A stretch of 64,000 nt of DNA from Amoebidium appalachense (GCA_963693365.1 CAVNZM010000003.1:8365312-8429311), one strand, 5' to 3'; positions 1 to 19,169 are shown, numbered from the stretch's first letter. Translations and numbers: made by a program. The notes: generated from the sequence alone by a model not told the origin.

Positions 1-570
1 CTTTTGTGTGGGTCTGCGCCCAAACGCGTCGATTCTACTGTGTATTGTTTCCAAACCAGCCTTTTCCCTGCTACTTGCCGCTGTTGAAAACCCTCCTTCT
101 TTTTTTTGTCTGATCAACTTTTCAACGTTGCTCTTAAGGGGGTGATCACGAAAGTCGTTTACAACGGAAGCTTGAGTTGAGTTCTTGTAACCATAGGATG
201 ACCAAGGCGATTGCCGTTCAAGCTGATTAGCAGCCGGTAATGTGTGTTGGTGCCCTGGTGCTACCTAAAAACGGGTTAAACATTATTGATCTAGACGGCC
301 GATCTCAGGTTTCGATTGAAAGACCGGAAACCTCGGGTATTGTAAAACCTTTCTCTCTTGAAATGGTAACAAGTCGAACTGCTGCTTTTCTAGAACAGTT
401 CTGTTTTTCCTAAGGGTTGGCAGAAACAATTTCACGTGAAGGCCACTCAGAAGCATATTAAATAAACACTCTCGTATGTCTTCTGGCCTTGGAAATAAAC
501 CGTGTAAAACTGCAACAGAGCAGCCCCCCCTCCCCCCCAAAGTGCTCTAATACAGAGAAACACACCAACA

Positions 571-1017
<447 letters not shown>

Positions 1018-1469
1018 GTTCCTCTCTCTCTGTTTCTCTCTCGCCCTGTCTCCCTCTCCCTCTCTCCCTCTTTCCCTCCTCCCACCCTACCCTCTCACCC
1101 CACCGCCTCCCCACACGCACACATTCTCTTTCTCTTTCTCCGCCCTCCTCCTCCCCCCCCCCCCCCCCCCCTTCCCCCCTCCCCCCTCCCCCCGGTCTCT
1201 GTGCGCGTGGAAGCCGGCTTGTGTATGTACATGTGTGCAGGTTTCTTTTTTTTTTTTTCCCCGAGTGTGCGTGTGTGCGTGTGTGCGTGTGTGCTTGTGT
1301 GTGCTTGTGTGTGTATGTGTGTGTGTGTGTGTCTGTGTGTGTGTGTAGGGGGGGGAGGGGGGGGGGGGGGGGAAGGGGGTGGGGCTGGGGGAATGCCTTG
1401 CGAGCCTCAGGATAATAACCCTCGATTTCAGTAAGTTAGCTCAGTTCAGAACTGAAGGTAACTAAGAAA

Positions 1470-1693
1470 GGGCCCAACCACATCAGCAAGGTCATTCTGC
1501 CGCAAGTTGAATTCGTCGGCAAAAAGCACTGTTTTTTTGAGCAGATTTATGCTGCTTGAAGCAAGTTTATTCAGCTTCTGAGAGAAAATATGAATCTACT
1601 TTTTGCAGAATAGTCCTGTTTCAGTGGCAAGAATAATGCCGCTTTCTACAGAGAAGTAGTTTCTGCTCAGAGTAAGCACTTGTAGTTGGGCCC
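1470..1693. mobile_element. MITE, probably PIF/Harbinger (Tourist-like)
   Basis: Terminal inverted repeats GGGCCCAACCACA (1470) and TGTAGTTGGGCCC (ends 1693), with weaker subterminal symmetry; flanks AAA/TAA resemble a TWA target duplication with one mismatch; no ORF. Confidence 0.6.
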
Positions 1694-1955
1694 TAATGCT
1701 CTAATGAATGGCTCTTTGAATTACTAAAAGTTTGAAATTGTATGTGTCCAACAAACTATCTGATAATTTCCCCCCACCCCCCCCCCCCCTTTTTTTTTAA
1801 ATTAGGGGAATAATTATAACCCAATTTAAATGGGGACTTTACTTTCACTTCGATCTCTTAGCTGTCACGTCAACTTTTTTTCCCGATTCTTCACCATGGC
1901 AGGTATATAAAGGCTTTCGTTTCTTCTTTTTGTGGTGGGAGGGAGTCCCACTCAG

Positions 1956-3034
1956 GGGAACGTGACTGCAGCGTGTGTGTGGTGTGGCCTGGTGTATTCC
2001 TACTGCTGTGAGAGTGTGGGGGCATCTCCCTTTCGCGGATTTTCTTGCGCATGCTTGAGAAGTGGTTTCTTCATCGCCTGGTGGTCCACTGCAACCTATG
2101 GTAACTTCTACACGCTGTCTACGCTTCTACGCGACCTATTGGCGGTGGGCTGCTGCAACTTCTTCAGCTACTTCTGCGCTGCGTGAGTGGAGGGGCGGCT
2201 ACTTGGTCGTCGGGGAGGAAGTTCCAAGTGACTGCCAGTCCTTAGCCTCCAGTCGTATGGCAATGACCGGGTTTGCTTGCATGCATTCTGTAATTGTGTT
2301 TTTCTGTGTGTCCTGCCACAACTAGGCCACCTTATCAGAGAGCTAGATGCAGTTTCTCCGGGTTATCTAGGGGCCGGGCCCGTTGGTATTGTTTTTTAGC
2401 TCAGATTTGGTCTGAATTGCTCTTTTAGAGGCTGAGTTGCTTGCTGTGCCTCGATAGGTTTTGAGGGGGGCCTGTTGGGAAGGAGCAGTAATGAACGTCT
2501 TCTTGCAGAGTGTGGTCTGGTCAACATCGATGCATATGACTAGTTGGAGCAAACTAGTTTCACGCATACACGTACACTTACGGTTTTGCCCGCTGGTGTC
2601 CTTTGTCACTTGTCGCTTTATTTTTATTTCGTAGCTTTGTCTTTTTCAGTTCTAGTGGTGGTTATGTAGCCTGTGGCTGCACGTTGCCTTCATCAACGGA
2701 TCAATAAACCCGAGTCAAAAGAAAAATTTAAAAGCATCTGAAACCGTCTCCGGTCCCCAGTGACTCGTACACGACAGTCTTAGATATGCCGTGCATTGAA
2801 TCTACATCAGCGATGCTCACACGTAGCCTTGAACTTGTATCATTTTGCCTTTTTGTCCCACAATCAACTGTCTATTTGCGCCGATCAACATTAAACCTCT
2901 CACCGTCCTACATGAGTTGGGCAACTGAGGTTGAAGTCCTGCCAAAACGCAGGCACGGACTTGATGCTCCAAATTCTACAGCATCAACTTTGGGTCACAG
3001 GTTCTTCTTTTGGGTGAAGGTTGCCCCCGTCTGA
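1956..3034 (+). CDS. Possible exons of a small Cys-rich membrane protein (weak PLAC8-like pattern)
   Basis: Open non-repetitive frame GNVTAACVWCGLVYSYCC...DLLAVGCCNFFSYFCAA ends at a GC|GTGAGT donor (~2182), phase-compatible with CAG|G at 3001 giving FFFWVKVAPV-stop. Start not resolved. Confidence 0.3.
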
Positions 3035-4384
3035 ATGTTGCTGAAGTCCATTCCTCTCAACAGTATATAATAATGCAGATTAGGTAACAGAGCTGTTAAT
3101 GCGCCTACTTGTAATCTTATGTGCAGCTGGTGGTCACCCCCCCCCCCCCCCCCCTCTGCACCCCCCGACCTCCGGATCGCCGGATTCCACAGCTTTGCTT
3201 TTGAAAATGGGAGGGAGAGGGGGAGGGGGGGGGGGGGGGGGGGGGGGGTGACCGTGAGAAAGGTGACCGTGACCGTGAGAAAGGTGACCGTGGGAACAGC
3301 AGCCCAACATGCTCCCCCCCTCCCCCCCCCCCCCCCCCCCTCCCCCCAACACACACACACACACACACGTGCACTTGCCTACACATCATAAACACACGCA
3401 CATTATCAATACGAGTGTTCGCGTGCACACACGCACCCCACCCAACCACGCACCAACACACACATGTACACGTGCACACACACCTTCTTTCGCGTTTCCC
3501 ATATGCATACTGAACCCGGCCGAGAGGCATGCACTGTGCTTGAGTGCGGGTGTACACGTGCTACGACGCGTGCCCATACAATGCCATGCCCGTGTGCCCC
3601 CATTCACGGCCTTTAGGCTAAAATAATCTGGAATTGCAGAACCTGTGTTCCCAAATGCATCGTTGATAAGGCTTACACCGCAAAAACGCCGTGGAAGCCC
3701 CGGAATATTTTGACTTAGGGATGCATGGAGATAAAATCTCAAAGCAGGGCCGTGAGTGACAGCTAAGGGCCTTTGGGGGAGGGGGCTGGGGGGGGGGGGG
3801 AGGGGGGGGGGGTTCGGTACATATAACGTTTGGGCGGACACAGTGCAGGTGGGGGTGAGGTGAAGGGGGTGGTAGTGGTTGTGGTTTGGGGGGGGGGGGG
3901 GAGGGGGGAGACCCTGAGGGGGGAGGGCCGGGGGGGGGGGGGGGGGAGGGGGGCCCCGGGGGGGGAGGGGGAGAGAGAGAGACTAAGAGGTGAGACCGCC
4001 TTACTGCCAGGACTAGCCTCTACTTGAAATGTAGCTGACTGTAACACACCGTTGCGGGAGACCTAGACGTAACAGACAGAAGAGGAGAGGGGAGCAGACT
4101 GCATAGAGGGGCAGCCCGTCATTATCTCAATCACAATTTAACCTGGTATCCAACATATGGTGTTTGTGTAGATATATGATACTCTCTTTTTGGAATGTTT
4201 TGTATGTACGGAGTAGTGCTCAACACCCCATTTACAAATTTGGTGGTTGCCGGATCCAAAAGTCCAAGTTACCGTTAGCAATGGTGGCCCAGTTGTTCCA
4301 TGATATAACTTCCCACAATCAAGAGAGATATCTTCGAGATAGTGTCGTTTTATCCCATTTCTGATTAGAGCTAGTTGGAGCTAG

Positions 4385-4570
4385 AGTCACATGAATTGTT
4401 GCTAATTGGCCTGCCGTTTTTGAATGTAGATGAAATAGAGAGTGTAGCTTTTTGAGTGGTAGGATCGTGCTTGTGGAAACGGGGTGATCCTGCTACTCAA
4501 AAACCTGCTCTATCTAGTCCACTTAAATTTGAAAACGGCAAGCTAGCCAGGACAGTTTCATGGGACTATG
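4385..4570. mobile_element. Foldback/palindromic MITE-like element
   Basis: Arm 4385-4467 (gagtcacatgaa...tttttgagtggtaggatc) is an imperfect reverse complement of arm ~4487-4569 (gatcctgctactcaaaaa...ttcatgggacta), with a short spacer. Confidence 0.6.
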
Positions 4571-5033
4571 CCGTGTAATTCATTTCTTGTGATGCCAATT
4601 TTCTATGTCTGAGAATGGTTGTGTAGTCTCTCACTCAAAGCTCATATGATTTGCCACACATTTTCTCACTGTGGCAAGGCTCATACGTCCAGAGGACATG
4701 CATTCTGCACACTGCTAGAGCTTATGTTACATCAGCACCGATTGAGTTGTGGTTGGTCACCCAAATATACTGGAAGTTGTGTGCTATTACGTGGGCCGCA
4801 GTGAAAAGTATGCAAAGTGGATTGTGGAATACTAGTAAAGCAAAACACGTTCGAGGGTTATAATTGGTGTAATTAATAGTTACATTTTACTGGCACGGAT
4901 TTGACGTATGTATGTCACAATATCTTTCAATATCAGCAGACGCTATGACCCAGTTGCTCAGATAAACAGTCTTTTTTGCAATTCAGGTGTCATTATTAGT
5001 AGGAACTTCTCAGACTCTGGAGTAACATAAAAG

Positions 5034-5073
<40 letters not shown>

Positions 5074-5269
5074 CCCCCCCCCCCCCCCCCTCTTTCCCCC
5101 CCCTCCCCTCCAAAAAAAAAAAAAAAGGTTTGACTTATTTTGATCGTGAAGTTCAACCACAGAATTTTTCCATGAGAGAGAAAGGTAGGGGGGGGGGGGG
5201 GGGGGGGGGAGGGGGGAGAGAAAAGGGGGGGGTGGAGGGGGGAGAGAGAGAGAAGAGAGAGAGGGAGAT

Positions 5270-5313
<44 letters not shown>

Positions 5314-5375
5314 CGAGAGAGGGAGAGAGAGGGAGAGGGAGAGGGGGGGGGGGGGGGGGAGGGAGAGAGAGAGAA

Positions 5376-5427
<52 letters not shown>

Positions 5428-5666
5428 GGGGGGAGTATTTGTACATGCATGCACACGCATGCATGCATGACCGTGCATTACTGAAGCAAGTCTGGCCAGG
5501 TGTGTGTTTGTGTGTGTTTGTGCAGGTCGTGTGTTTGTTTGTCATGGTGTGTTTAGCACCGGGGGGAGGGGGGAAGGGGGAAGGGGGGGGGGGGGGGGGG
5601 GGGGGGGGGGACAGGGGAAGGGTTGGGGAGGTAATGAGGGGGTGCCACGGTGGTGGTGGTGGTGGT

Positions 5667-5698
<32 letters not shown>

Positions 5699-5784
5699 TG
5701 GGGATTTCGTTTAAAGTTGTTCTTCTTTTAGACTTCTATGGATGTGCCCCCAGGTAACTACACGAAGCTTAAAAAACAAAAAAC

Positions 5785-10130
<4,346 letters not shown>

Positions 10131-10703
10131 ACATAGATAGTGTCTATTAGACTTGACGAGACTTTGAGGCGAGGTCGACGAAGTGAGCGCTCATATATGA
10201 GCGAAGTGATGCCCGTCTTCATAAGTATTATTTCAACCATTAATGACGTCATGAATCACGCTCGACAGACTCAAAATCGGCCCGCCTTTTTTTTGGAATA
10301 ATATTTGTATGTGTAGCCTTCATTTCCGCCTTTAACGTCCGTCAACTACCTCCTAAATAAGAAGCGTTGTGGTTTCATTAGGGCTTGAACTTTTGGGGCT
10401 CACTAATCACGGTTTATAGTTGCTTATACCAAGTGTGCACGCGTTGGCTGTTGCATTAACCGACTCAATTTGTGGGTCAGTTCGAAGCTGGGCTTGTCAA
10501 AAGTAAACATCTGCTTTGAAGCAACTATAGCTGTACTTTTCGCTTACAATCTATGCTGTTTTTCCGGTGGCCTGGCCGGATCAATGTTGTGCGAGCACTC
10601 GAGTTCAAGATCTTCGTATAAGACCATCCTTTTAACTTCCTCGCTCTCTTTTCTTTGTGCATGTACGTAAATTCTCTGCTTGTAACCCATCTCACAACAC
10701 AAC

Positions 10704-11793
10704 ATGACCTCGCGTAATCAACACCGATTCATCGAGCCGGCTGACAGCAGCAAAGGTTTGAGCCCCCCCCCCCCCCCCCCCCCCCCCCCTTTCCCCTCCC
10801 ACCCCACTTCGGCAGCTTAGAGGTGCCTAAAAACCCTCAAAATATAAAAACGTCTATGCCGATTCTGACATTTACAGGTTGCTGTTGATGGTTGCCACGT
10901 GTGTGATTATGAATCCCTCTTTCATACCACCATTGAGGTTGGTGGGTGTTGTTCGCTCTGCCAACCGTTACCCAAATTTTCTCTTTCTTACAGTCATTAT
11001 TTGGCTTGTGCAAGCGATCCCCCCCCCCCCCCCCCCCCCCCCTGCTTTTTATGCATATTACTCTTGATGGGTTGTTTGCTCTCTGCATTGTGTTGTCCGT
11101 ATGGAATGTGTACTTCGAGCTCTATGGCGCAATCAACCCACCCTCCCCCCCCCCCCCCCCTTCACTCCCACCCCATCACTACCACCGCCACCACCACGTA
11201 TGTCGGCTCCCTCCTCCCCCTCCGCCTCCCCGTATCTCTTCCTATCAGGTTGCCCTGCACACAGTTGCACAGCCCGCACCATGTTGCGATCCTTTTACTC
11301 TCCTCTCTGTCCTCTTCGTTGCCTTTGCCCAGCACACAGTTGCACAGCCCGCACCATGTTGCGATCCTTTTACTCTCCTCTCTGTCCTCTTCGTTGCCTT
11401 TGGTTTTACGGTTGTGTTTTATGGTTGTATCTTCCCCCTTAACCCTAGTCGCTGGTTTGTTTGGTTTAACCTGGATGCAGGTGCCGCCCCGGGATTTTGG
11501 GGTGGTGGTGATGGTGGGGGTGTTGTGTGTGTGTTTGGGGGGGAGAGGAGGGGGAAGGGGAAGGGGGAAGAAGGGGGGGGGAGGGGGGAGGGGGGGGGGG
11601 AGGTGGAGGGGGGGGGGGGGAGAGAGAGAGAGAAGGGAGGGAGGGAATTCCTTTTTGTCTGGAGATTTTAGTGCAGTGGTGATGACTAGTGGCTTTTAGG
11701 GGCAGGCATATGGACTTACGTGTGTTGGGCTCGTTAAGAGGTTGTCGACTTTTCCATGGGGAGGAGATATTAGTAGTAGTAGTAGTTGGGCAT

Positions 11794-11841
<48 letters not shown>

Positions 11842-12017
11842 ACCATATTTGAGAGGCAGGGGATTTGCAGAATACTTTCTTTGGTTCTTTCTTTCTCTGT
11901 CCTATTGACCTTTCCTTCTTTCTTTCTTTGTTTCCTTCTCTTCCTTCTTCCTTTGCCTCTTTTTTCTTTTCTTTATTTCTTTTTCTTTGGGGGGGGGGGC
12001 GAGGAGGAGGAGGAGGG

Positions 12018-12059
<42 letters not shown>

Positions 12060-12153
12060 GGGGCAGTAAAAGGAAGGCTCGTGGGCTTGTGTGGTGAGGT
12101 GTGAGCAAGCAGGCGGACGGGTGGTTTATCATGTGCGTTTTTGCGTGTGTGTG

Positions 12154-12216
<63 letters not shown>

Positions 12217-12316
12217 GAGTAGTGAATGGAATAAAAGGGACAGAAAATATGTGTGAGATGTGAAACCAAAACACGCCTTGAGGGATTTCGATTACTGATG
12301 GTTGTGGTGTGTGAGC

Positions 12317-12374
<58 letters not shown>

Positions 12375-14744
12375 ATGCATGCGTGCGTGAGTGCGTGAGT
12401 GCTTGAGCGTGTGCTTGTGTGTGCGCACATGTGTGTATGTGTTTGTTTGTGTGTATGTGTATGCGACAATGCCGTGTGTTTCGAGGGGGAGGGGTGGAGG
12501 GGGGAGGGGGAGGGGGTTAGCAGAAAGTATCGGGGGGGGGGGGGGGGGTTGTTTGTGTTATGTACAGAAGGAAGATTCAAGTGCTGTACTAAGCCAAATG
12601 TAAACAATTTGGCAGGTCTGGCCTAAGGGTCCTACATGGGGGAAGTTGCATCCATGGGAGGGAATGGCTTAAGGTGGGCTAGTATTGGGTGAAGTATTTG
12701 ATTAGAGAAGAGATTTGCGGCAGTATTCTGAAGTTGAGTCTCGCATGAGGCCGCGGAGGCATAGGAAAGGTTTTTGATTCCATATACAGTTGCACATCCT
12801 TCTGTACATGTGTTAGGCTTTCTAATCCCCCCCCCCCCCCTCCCCCCCCCCTCCCCCCCCCCCCCCCCCCCCCTCCCCTCTCCAGCCTGCCTGCTGTCTC
12901 TTCTGCCCACAGAGCTACTCGGGTGCATTGTCAGCCGCCTGCCCCTTAAGGACCGATGCTCAGTTTCGGAAACGTGCCGCGCCCTCTGCACCGTCGCACG
13001 CAGTGTCCATCCAGGTCCAGTTACGGTTAATGTTCTGGACGCACGTCAAAATGATGAGTATTTCGGTGGAGACTCCAGATGGATAAATGTGTTGACCAGG
13101 TTTCTCAATGCGTGGAAAACAGTGATCACGAGCGCGGTTGTGGATGACTCGGACACCGGCGGTCATGATTACGATGACCTGCAACGATATGATCATGAAT
13201 GTCAGGTTCAATAGGCCGCGGTCTGTGCATCAGTGCTCCCGTCTCTCCCAAACCTCACGGCAATCACTGTGTGTTTCGTTTTCGCCAACACGTTCACCGT
13301 GGAGCCTATTCGCCGCATGCTGTTACCGGTTGTCGCAAAAATAGGCCCCCAGTTGAGAGAAGTTAAGGTGCACACGGTGATTCGTGCAATGCATTTGCAA
13401 CAGGACGTGGCTCAAGAGGCTGCTCTGGTATTGTCTCTGTGGGATGGGTGCCCCAACCTTTGTAAGCTTTCGGTTGAAGGCCTAGCATGGCCTGAAACAA
13501 TATCGACGCACATGGTGGGCCTACGCAGTGTCACAATCGGGAGTCCCGAGCAGGGCAATATGAAATTGGTTACACAGACGGTTTTGCGGGCCGCACCAAT
13601 CATGCGTCAGTTGTGTTTGCACTACGTCGGCATTTACGGGGAGGGATTGGGGTTTATTGGCACGGCAACCAACCTGTGCAAATTTTCCCTTACCAACGTT
13701 AACGTGGCGGATTTGGATGCGTCAGGATTGGCGGCATGCCCCCACATTAAGAAATTAAGTGTCAGGGCGGCCCCATAGCATATTGTCCAAATTCACGGGT
13801 TATCAGCACTACGGGCCCTACGTGTTCTCGGCATGGAGGAAACTCGTCAGGTTACGACAACGGGGCCATGTTTCGATCTCACCGAGGTTCATGCATCCTT
13901 ATTCGGTGAAGAATACGGGCCAGATCTAGACATCGGGTTTTTGGGCGCATCAGCAAACACGCTTCGCCGTTTGAGTCTCATGGGTGTGTGGTTCAACCAG
14001 CTATGCCAACTCGTACCTCCGGGCATTACAAAACTAACCTCCCTTAGTGTAAGTACGCCGAGGGATTGTATGGTGCACTATAATTTAGTGCTTGCCGAGT
14101 TTCCTGACCTGCAGGAGCTACAGGTCAGTGGGTCCACCACGGTGCTCGGTCCACTCCACCCCAACACTCGCCTGCGTAAGTTACACATGACACGAGTACC
14201 CCATCTCGTCAACATTGGCGGGGTTGCACGGAGCCCCGTCGAGCAAGTTGTGCTGCGGCACGCCTGGGAGCTACGGTCTCTCGACCCACTGTCAACGTGC
14301 ACACGGCTGAGGAAATCACGCTGGTTGGGTGCATTTCCCTCTACAGTCTTGACCCCATGGCGGGGCTGCCCATCGAAGACATCAAAATATCTGGGGGAGG
14401 TGCTTACGACACTGGAGCCACTCTCCACGTGCCGGCACCTACGTCGCATTGCCATGTCCGACGGTCCGAGTATCACCACGCTGGCGCCTTTGCGCGGTCT
14501 CCTGCTTGAACACGTAGAATTCTCGAAGCTTCGAGACCTCACAAATATTGACTCACTGGCGCAGTGCACAAACCTAAGCAGTCTGGCGATTTGGGATGTG
14601 CCGGGTGTGAGCAATCTGCTGTGTCTGGCGGGCCATCCATCCCTTTGCCGGTTGGGGGTGAAGGTGCAGTGCCCATGGGACCTCGCACACCTGCAGCCTT
14701 CGGTGAAAGTGGTGAGTTCAGTTCTCTACCCCCCTCCCCCCTAG
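10704..14744 (+). pseudogene. F-box / leucine-rich-repeat protein gene, disrupted
   Basis: Putative exon 1 10704-10755 (MTSRNQHRFIEPADSSK, phase 1) fits the acceptor at 12886. F-box motif LLSLLPTELLGCIVSRLPLKDRCSVSETCRAL is followed by LRRs (LRSLDPLSTCTRL, LTTLEPLSTCRHL, LTNIDSLAQCTNL). In-frame TAG at 13212-13214 and 13776-13778; the LRR pattern switches frame between ~14309 and ~14398. Confidence 0.8.
11250..11402. repeat. 75-bp tandem duplication
   Basis: Two near-identical copies of ttgccc(t/a)gcacacagttgcacagcccgcaccatg...cgttgcct starting at 11250 and 11325. Confidence 0.9.
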
Positions 14745-15088
14745 CTCCCCTCCTCCCCCCTCCCCCCCCCCCCCCCCCCCCCCCCTTCCTTCCTTCCCAT
14801 CTCCACCCCGGCACACCACACACACACACACACACACACCACACACACACACTGCTACACAAGGGCTTGACTGTGAAGGCTTTTTCTCCTCATCTCTGCG
14901 GAGGCCCCCTCTCTCCTGCCTCCCTGCCCCCCTCCCCCCCCCCCCCCTCTCACCCCCCTCCCTCTCTCTCTCTCTCTCCCCCCTCCCCCCCCCCCCCCCC
15001 CCCCCCCCTCGGGGCTTGCCGGCCCTCCCAAGTCTTCTTGTTCTTCTTCCCACACATTAGGTCAATTTGTTGCAGGGCCGGGCTCATC

Positions 15089-15123
<35 letters not shown>

Positions 15124-15199
15124 TTCCCCTCCCTCCTCTCCCCTCCCTCCCTCCCCCAGCATATGCATCCCCTCCACACACACCGTTCCTCCTCCCCCC

Positions 15200-15230
<31 letters not shown>

Positions 15231-15274
15231 TTCGGGGAGTTATTAGCCACCGTACAATGCATCCCTCTTCTCCT

Positions 15275-15678
15275 CCCTGCCTCCCTCCCAGAGCATACAC
15301 ACACCTCCCTGCCTCCCTCCCAGAGCATACACACACCTCCCTCCCTCCCTCCCAGAGCATATACACACCCTCCCTCCCTCCCTCCCAGAGCATACACACA
15401 CCTCCCTCCCTCGCTCTCAGAGCATACACACACCTCCCTCCCTCCCTCCCAGAGCATACACACACCTCCCTCCCTCCCTCCCAGAGCATACACACACCTC
15501 CCTCCCAGAGCATACACACACACACCTCCCTCCCTCCCTCCCAGAGCATACTCACACCTCCCTCCCTCCCTCCCAGAGCATACACACACCTCCCTCCCAG
15601 AGCATACACACACCTCCCTCCCACCCTCCCAGAGCATACACACACCTCCCTCCCTCCCTCCCAGAGCATACACACACC
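15275..15678. repeat. Minisatellite, ~24-36 bp unit (CCT(C/G))n-CCAGAGCATACACACA, about 13 copies
   Basis: Repeated core cccagagcatacacacacctccctcc directly visible. Confidence 0.9.
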
Positions 15679-15817
15679 ATGACGGCATGTTTGAGCCCGC
15701 CTGCTTCCTGCACAGCTGCTCGGACTTGAGGGCTGTCATGGTGTGTGTCTGTGTGTGTGTGCATGTGTGCAAAATATCGTTGTGACCCCTTGTTCCCCCC
15801 TCGGAGTCTCCCCTTCC

Positions 15818-15851
<34 letters not shown>

Positions 15852-17617
15852 GGGGCCGCTTATCACACCACCATGAGGTGACACTGAGGTGCTAATACGC
15901 ATTGTAACTGCGCAGGTTCGAAGAAATCTTTCTTTCATCACGTAAATGTGATGGCCCTTCAAGTGTGCTCGCAGGCTCAGCCTGTCTCTGTGTCACTACA
16001 ACATGGCGAAGGTGACATTAGTCGTGCAGACCTGGAATATGTTTCTTGCTTGCAATTGATTACGAAGTTTTCTTTTGGTCTCCAGGTACTTTCCAGACAC
16101 CGGATATTTCTTCTTTATGTTTGTCCAGCTCAACCAATGTGTGAGTTTTGGCGGTCCCGGTATGTTTTTGTGCTGGTCTATACAGGACTCAATTATCATA
16201 CGGTGCTTATAACGCTTGGTCGAATAGTTAGCGGCACCCAAATTGAATTTCGAACTACGAATGACATGCATATGTTGGTGTTTGACAACTGCTTAGGATT
16301 ATTCGGGAAACTTTGCTTATTCTGGTACATTTGCTCCTGTGCAGATTGGAACGGAAATAGCAAATACAATGCATATATACGGTGTGAGATTTGGACAGGT
16401 GCAACTTTCTGATCGATGAGCTCAGAGCTGACAGCATATGCATATGAACAACGGTTGTTAACTCTAGATCTCCCTGTATGATGCATTAAATGTAACGCTC
16501 ACGTCGTTCGATTATATTCTCTTCATACTATCCGACATAAAAATGTACCTTTTCGGGCCGCGGACGGGTGGAAGTACTTGTGGGCCTTGGTGCTGGCCAG
16601 CACTATACATATGCACCTAACCGTGACAGCTGATCGAGCTCACATATATTCATACATGTGAATTGAACAGTATGTAAGCAACGTGCACATGCATGTCCCC
16701 CAATGCCATTTGTGTTGATTTGGCGGCGAGCAACGTAACCAACGTTCTCTAGTTGGCCATGGCCATATTCCTCCTTTTTTTTATGTGTTTTATAATTATT
16801 GTATCTTTTCCTTTAGTATTTTATTTAAACCAATGGATGCATAGAACAACACTAGTACTCATGATCATGCAATGATCATCGAAAGTGATTCCACTGCTGG
16901 ACAATAGGTCACCGTAAACCAATTCGGGCGCCAAAGGCGCATATAGTTAGAGAACCCCCCCTTTTTTATTTTGATTCCCCTTTCCCGCCCACAGTCAACC
17001 TGAAATGGTGACCGGGTTCTTACTACCAGCCAAAGTATATCACATGTTGTTCACACATGCCCACAAGCACACAGTAAATGAGCAGTGCTCAACACTGCTA
17101 CCCTTTTCTCCAAATTTTTCTTCTTCTAACACAGACCATACCCACATAATTAGTTCTAACATGTCACATGTCAGGGAAACTCAAAGAGAGTCACATGTCT
17201 AACAATTCACACCATAAACCTACACGCAAGTGAGTGTCAGTAAAGCAGTGACACAAGAATTGAAAGCTTATGACCATCTGCGAGTAACGCTACATGGGTT
17301 GCTGTGATAATCACGTTACTACCAATACACCTCTATATCTCAAGATAGAAAAAAAGAAAGAACAAAAAACAAAAAAATAAACACATGCATAAAGATGTGC
17401 TAATACCATCTCACAGCCCTCTATCTTAGCTACACAAACGAGCTTGAGATCATGAACCCCATCGTGCACCTATTTGTATTTGAGCGAGCCACACGTTTTG
17501 ACTGGCAAGGTAACACCAGTTGCAAGCATTCCTAATGATTACAACAAGGAGCACCAGACACCACAACATAACTCTGGAAAAAAAAAACTCCAACTGTTTA
17601 ACTTGTGTGCATGTGTG

Positions 17618-17660
<43 letters not shown>

Positions 17661-17811
17661 ACCATGTTCTCGTGTGTGTACGCACTCACATGCATTTACC
17701 GCCGTGCATGTGTATGTATGTATGTGCATGTGTGGCTGTGTCTGGACACCATATGTGTCCACGCGTTTTATGATACCAACAGAAACCTCACAATGAACAC
17801 GCTTTAACCCT

Positions 17812-19088
17812 TCACTCGACAATGTCCACAGACGCCTCAGCCTCCCCCTGCATACCCTCACCTCCCTCCCCCTGCTCCTCCCCCTCATTCACAAATGGCC
17901 TCTCGCTGATGTGTGTGGCCTCATCCGCCTCGTGTGCAAACTTGCAATCTGGCCGGGTGCAGCTTTTACCAAACTTGCACGGAACGGTCGCCTTGGTGGC
18001 GGCGGCTCCAGAGTCCTGGTGTGAGCAAAGAGATTCATATCAGGGGCTGTGCAAGCACTAGGAATCATAGAATAAGTTCTTTCACCAACATCATTTCACT
18101 TGGCCCACATTGTAGCACACAAACACTGAGTCTCCCCCTTATTCTTTCCCACAAGCACAATTCAGGGGGGGGGGGGGGGGGGGAGAAGAACGCAAGACCA
18201 AAGATTGGACACGCACACATCCGTCCAAGAGCAGATGATACGACCACTACCAGATATCAATTTCCTGGTACGTTTACTCAAACAAAACACGTGAGGGCAA
18301 GAATCTCCGAGCAACCACCACCGAAAACGTGCCCTGGTGGTGGTGGTGGTGGTGGGTTAGGGGGGGGGGGGGGGGGGGGGGGGATTTCTACCTTTCCGGT
18401 GTGCAAATACTGGCAGTTTGGATTGCGGCAACTGTCCCCAAACTTGCACGGGCTGGGAGGAAACAACATTGGTTACTCAATAGTATCTTGTGTAGATACA
18501 CACTCGAATCACCTATCTATCGATCTTCGACAGTATCATACTCATTTACCCTATATTCCTATTAAGTTTTATTAAAATGTTTAAAAAAATAGGAATTACT
18601 ACTATATCTGGAAACAGATGATCCAACGCATTTACTTGATGCTACTATCATACAGAAGACGAATGTCCGCTCCGCCATGGAATCAGGCTATGTTCAAAAG
18701 AAGATTAACACGCATAAACCGTGTAAAAAACAGGGTGGCATTCACCACGGATGTAGCGGTGTGTGTGTGTGTGCGCGCGCGCACGCGTCTGTGCGCATGT
18801 GTGCAGGCGTGTTTGTGTCCGTACACATGTGCACAGTGTAATGCATGTATGTACATGCGGTTATTGTGTTTGTCGCTCATTGTCAAACTTGCCCATGCAT
18901 GTGCACAGCTCTCTCTCTCTTCCTATCTAACTACTTCCGTGTTCATGGGTTCTCTATACAACAACCCGTTGTAAAGGCAAGTCACAAGGACTTTCAACCA
19001 AAAACTAATGATACTTGTAATTATTGCGAACTGTGTGCGTGTTTTGAGGTGCCTGCAGGTTGCAGTCGGATGCGGTGGTGGTATGCGT

Positions 19089-19169
<81 letters not shown>

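Noticed and set aside
13212-13778. TAG-to-Gln (or other) genetic code reassignment suggested by two in-frame TAGs in the F-box/LRR gene
   Set aside because: OSTF1 ends with TAG exactly at its conserved acidic C-terminus (49549), and none of the conserved exons in the other genes contains an in-frame TAG or TAA. Frameshifts in the same gene favour pseudogenisation.
15275-15678. CRISPR-like appearance of regularly repeated units (also 27750-27955)
   Set aside because: Intervening sequences are not unique spacers but variable-length simple repeats; eukaryotic context and no cas genes.
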